Shown in pieces: positions 62,972 through 64,000 of a stretch of 64,000 nucleotides of DNA. The notes beneath the pieces were generated by a model. It was not told where the DNA came from and did not search any database. It was given only the letters and a program-made list of their open reading frames with translations. Within the stretch, counting starts at the first letter, position 1, and each line of letters opens with the position of its first letter. Both the position numbers and the translations under genes were made by a program. This DNA is from a virus. Its lineage: Duplodnaviria > Caudoviricetes. The stretch lies in IMG/VR virus record IMGVR_UViG_3300017722_005389; one strand, 5' to 3'.

Positions 62972-64000
62972 ATGAAAAAGTATTTACTAGTATTATTAAT
63001 CATTACATCAAACATTCTTTATTCTCAAAGTACCTGTGACAGTTTATTAGTCTATGATAGAGTTGAAAACTGGACTTGGTTTGGATTATGGAATAATATA
63101 ACCCTTCCAAATCCTACAGGATATTACACAAACGTATTCGTATCTTCAAACGCAAGTGCTGCTATAATTGGAACAGGAACTGGTACTTCTTTAATTGAAC
63201 AGGGTACATATGTATTGCCAAATGTTGTAGTAAATCCTAGTTTTGAACATCGCTTTAGATTCAGATTAGGCTCTTACAGAATCACATCTACAGGTGCTGC
63301 AAGTGGTGTAGATGGTCCAGACAATGTAGAAGTTAGACTAAGCACTAATAACGGTACATCTTATATCCCTGAAATGAGAATCACAGGATTTAGTAATGCC
63401 TATTGGAATTATAATACCAACGCAACAGCTTCAAAAATTGCAAATGGAACTCTGCAAACATTCAGCCCTATCGCAGGCGGAGATAGAACTAATACAGGTG
63501 ATGGTTATTCAATAGTAGAATTAAGAATTCCTGCAGGAACATCTAATATTGCAATCAATCTATTATGCAGAGTCAATGCAACAGGTGAAGAATGGTGGAT
63601 CGATGATATGGAACTATTTCAAATTGTAGATTGCTTGTTCCCCTTAGAACTTATAGATTTCTATGGAAAAGAATACAATAATACTGTCGAACTTTTCTGG
63701 GAAACTGCAAATGAAGTAAATACAGATTATTTTGTAATTGAAAAATCTTATGACGCTATAGAATGGGAACAAATCGGAACCACACCAGCTGCTGGAAATT
63801 ATCAATATAACTTAGCTTATAATTTTACTGATGAATCCCCTAAAAATGGTAATAACTACTATAGATTAAAACAGTATGATGCCGATGGAAGCTATGAAAC
63901 TTATCATATCATCAATGTAAATGTCAAAAATTCTGATAATCCAATTATTCATCACTCAAATGGAATACTATCCCTAAATGGAATTCAAAGCTATCATAAA
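62972..64000 (+). CDS. Secreted T9SS-cargo-like protein (3'-truncated; absent from ORF track)
   Basis: Hand-translated, open for 343 codons: signal peptide MKKYLLVLLIITSNILYSQ; FPLELIDF...LFWETANEVNTDYFVIEKS...YNFTDESP..GNNYYRLKQYDADG Ig-like domain typical of Bacteroidetes T9SS substrates. Confidence 0.75.
   Translation, partial: MKKYLLVLLIITSNILYSQSTCDSLLVYDRVENWTWFGLWNNITLPNPTGYYTNVFVSSNASAAIIGTGTGTSLIEQGTYVLPNVVVNPSFEHRFRFRLGSYRITSTGAASGVDGPDNVEVRLSTNNGTSYIPEMRITGFSNAYWNYNTNATASKIANGTLQTFSPIAGGDRTNTGDGYSIVELRIPAGTSNIAINLLCRVNATGEEWWIDDMELFQIVDCLFPLELIDFYGKEYNNTVELFWETANEVNTDYFVIEKSYDAIEWEQIGTTPAAGNYQYNLAYNFTDESPKNGNNYYRLKQYDADGSYETYHIINVNVKNSDNPIIHHSNGILSLNGIQSYHK

Noticed and set aside
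1-64000. Genome-wide stop-codon reassignment (code 4 or 15)
   Set aside because: Long genes are intact in code 11; TGA ends many genes in ATGA overlaps, TAG ends several, and Trp is TGG. Only thyA is interrupted.

Overview
The window is a 64-kb slice of a very AT-rich (roughly three-quarters A+T by eye), gene-dense jumbo/large myovirus-like phage genome that reads in genetic code 11. The host is most likely Bacteroidota (Flavobacteriia-like). Supporting signs are host-type TTTG-N19-20-TAnnTTTG promoters, a Bacteroidetes-type RecX, SprB-like repeats and a T9SS-cargo-like protein. Contents in order: baseplate/tail genes (0-3.4 kb); a T4-like replication/recombination block with RuvC-like resolvase, primase, SbcCD/gp47-gp46, AAA+ ATPase and a phage sigma factor (4-13 kb); a probable lysis block; two divergent tail-fibre/receptor-binding modules (26-36 kb); nucleotide-metabolism genes (thioredoxin, thymidylate synthase interrupted by one TGA, dNMP kinase); and a long accessory region of short ORFs (39-64 kb). 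Main observations: (1) An integron attC-like cassette array at 45.85-48.08 kb with no integrase in the window. Three ~100-125 bp cassettes have self-complementary ends, and each supplies, in the same reading frame, the C-terminal tail of an ORF that starts upstream of the predicted crossover; this suggests site-specific shuffling of protein C-termini. (2) A strand-independent module of TATTTATA late promoter + amphipathic leader ending in Glu + variable domain (several ADP-ribosyltransferase-like, one zincin, one ParB-like), probably an arsenal of capsid-packaged injected effectors. (3) A start-less acidic-repeat frame reachable only by slippage in an A10 tract. (4) A tRNA-like RNA with an aberrant core. 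(5) A sigma factor with a ~124-aa insertion inside its region-4 HTH. All function calls come from recognised motifs; no database searches were run.
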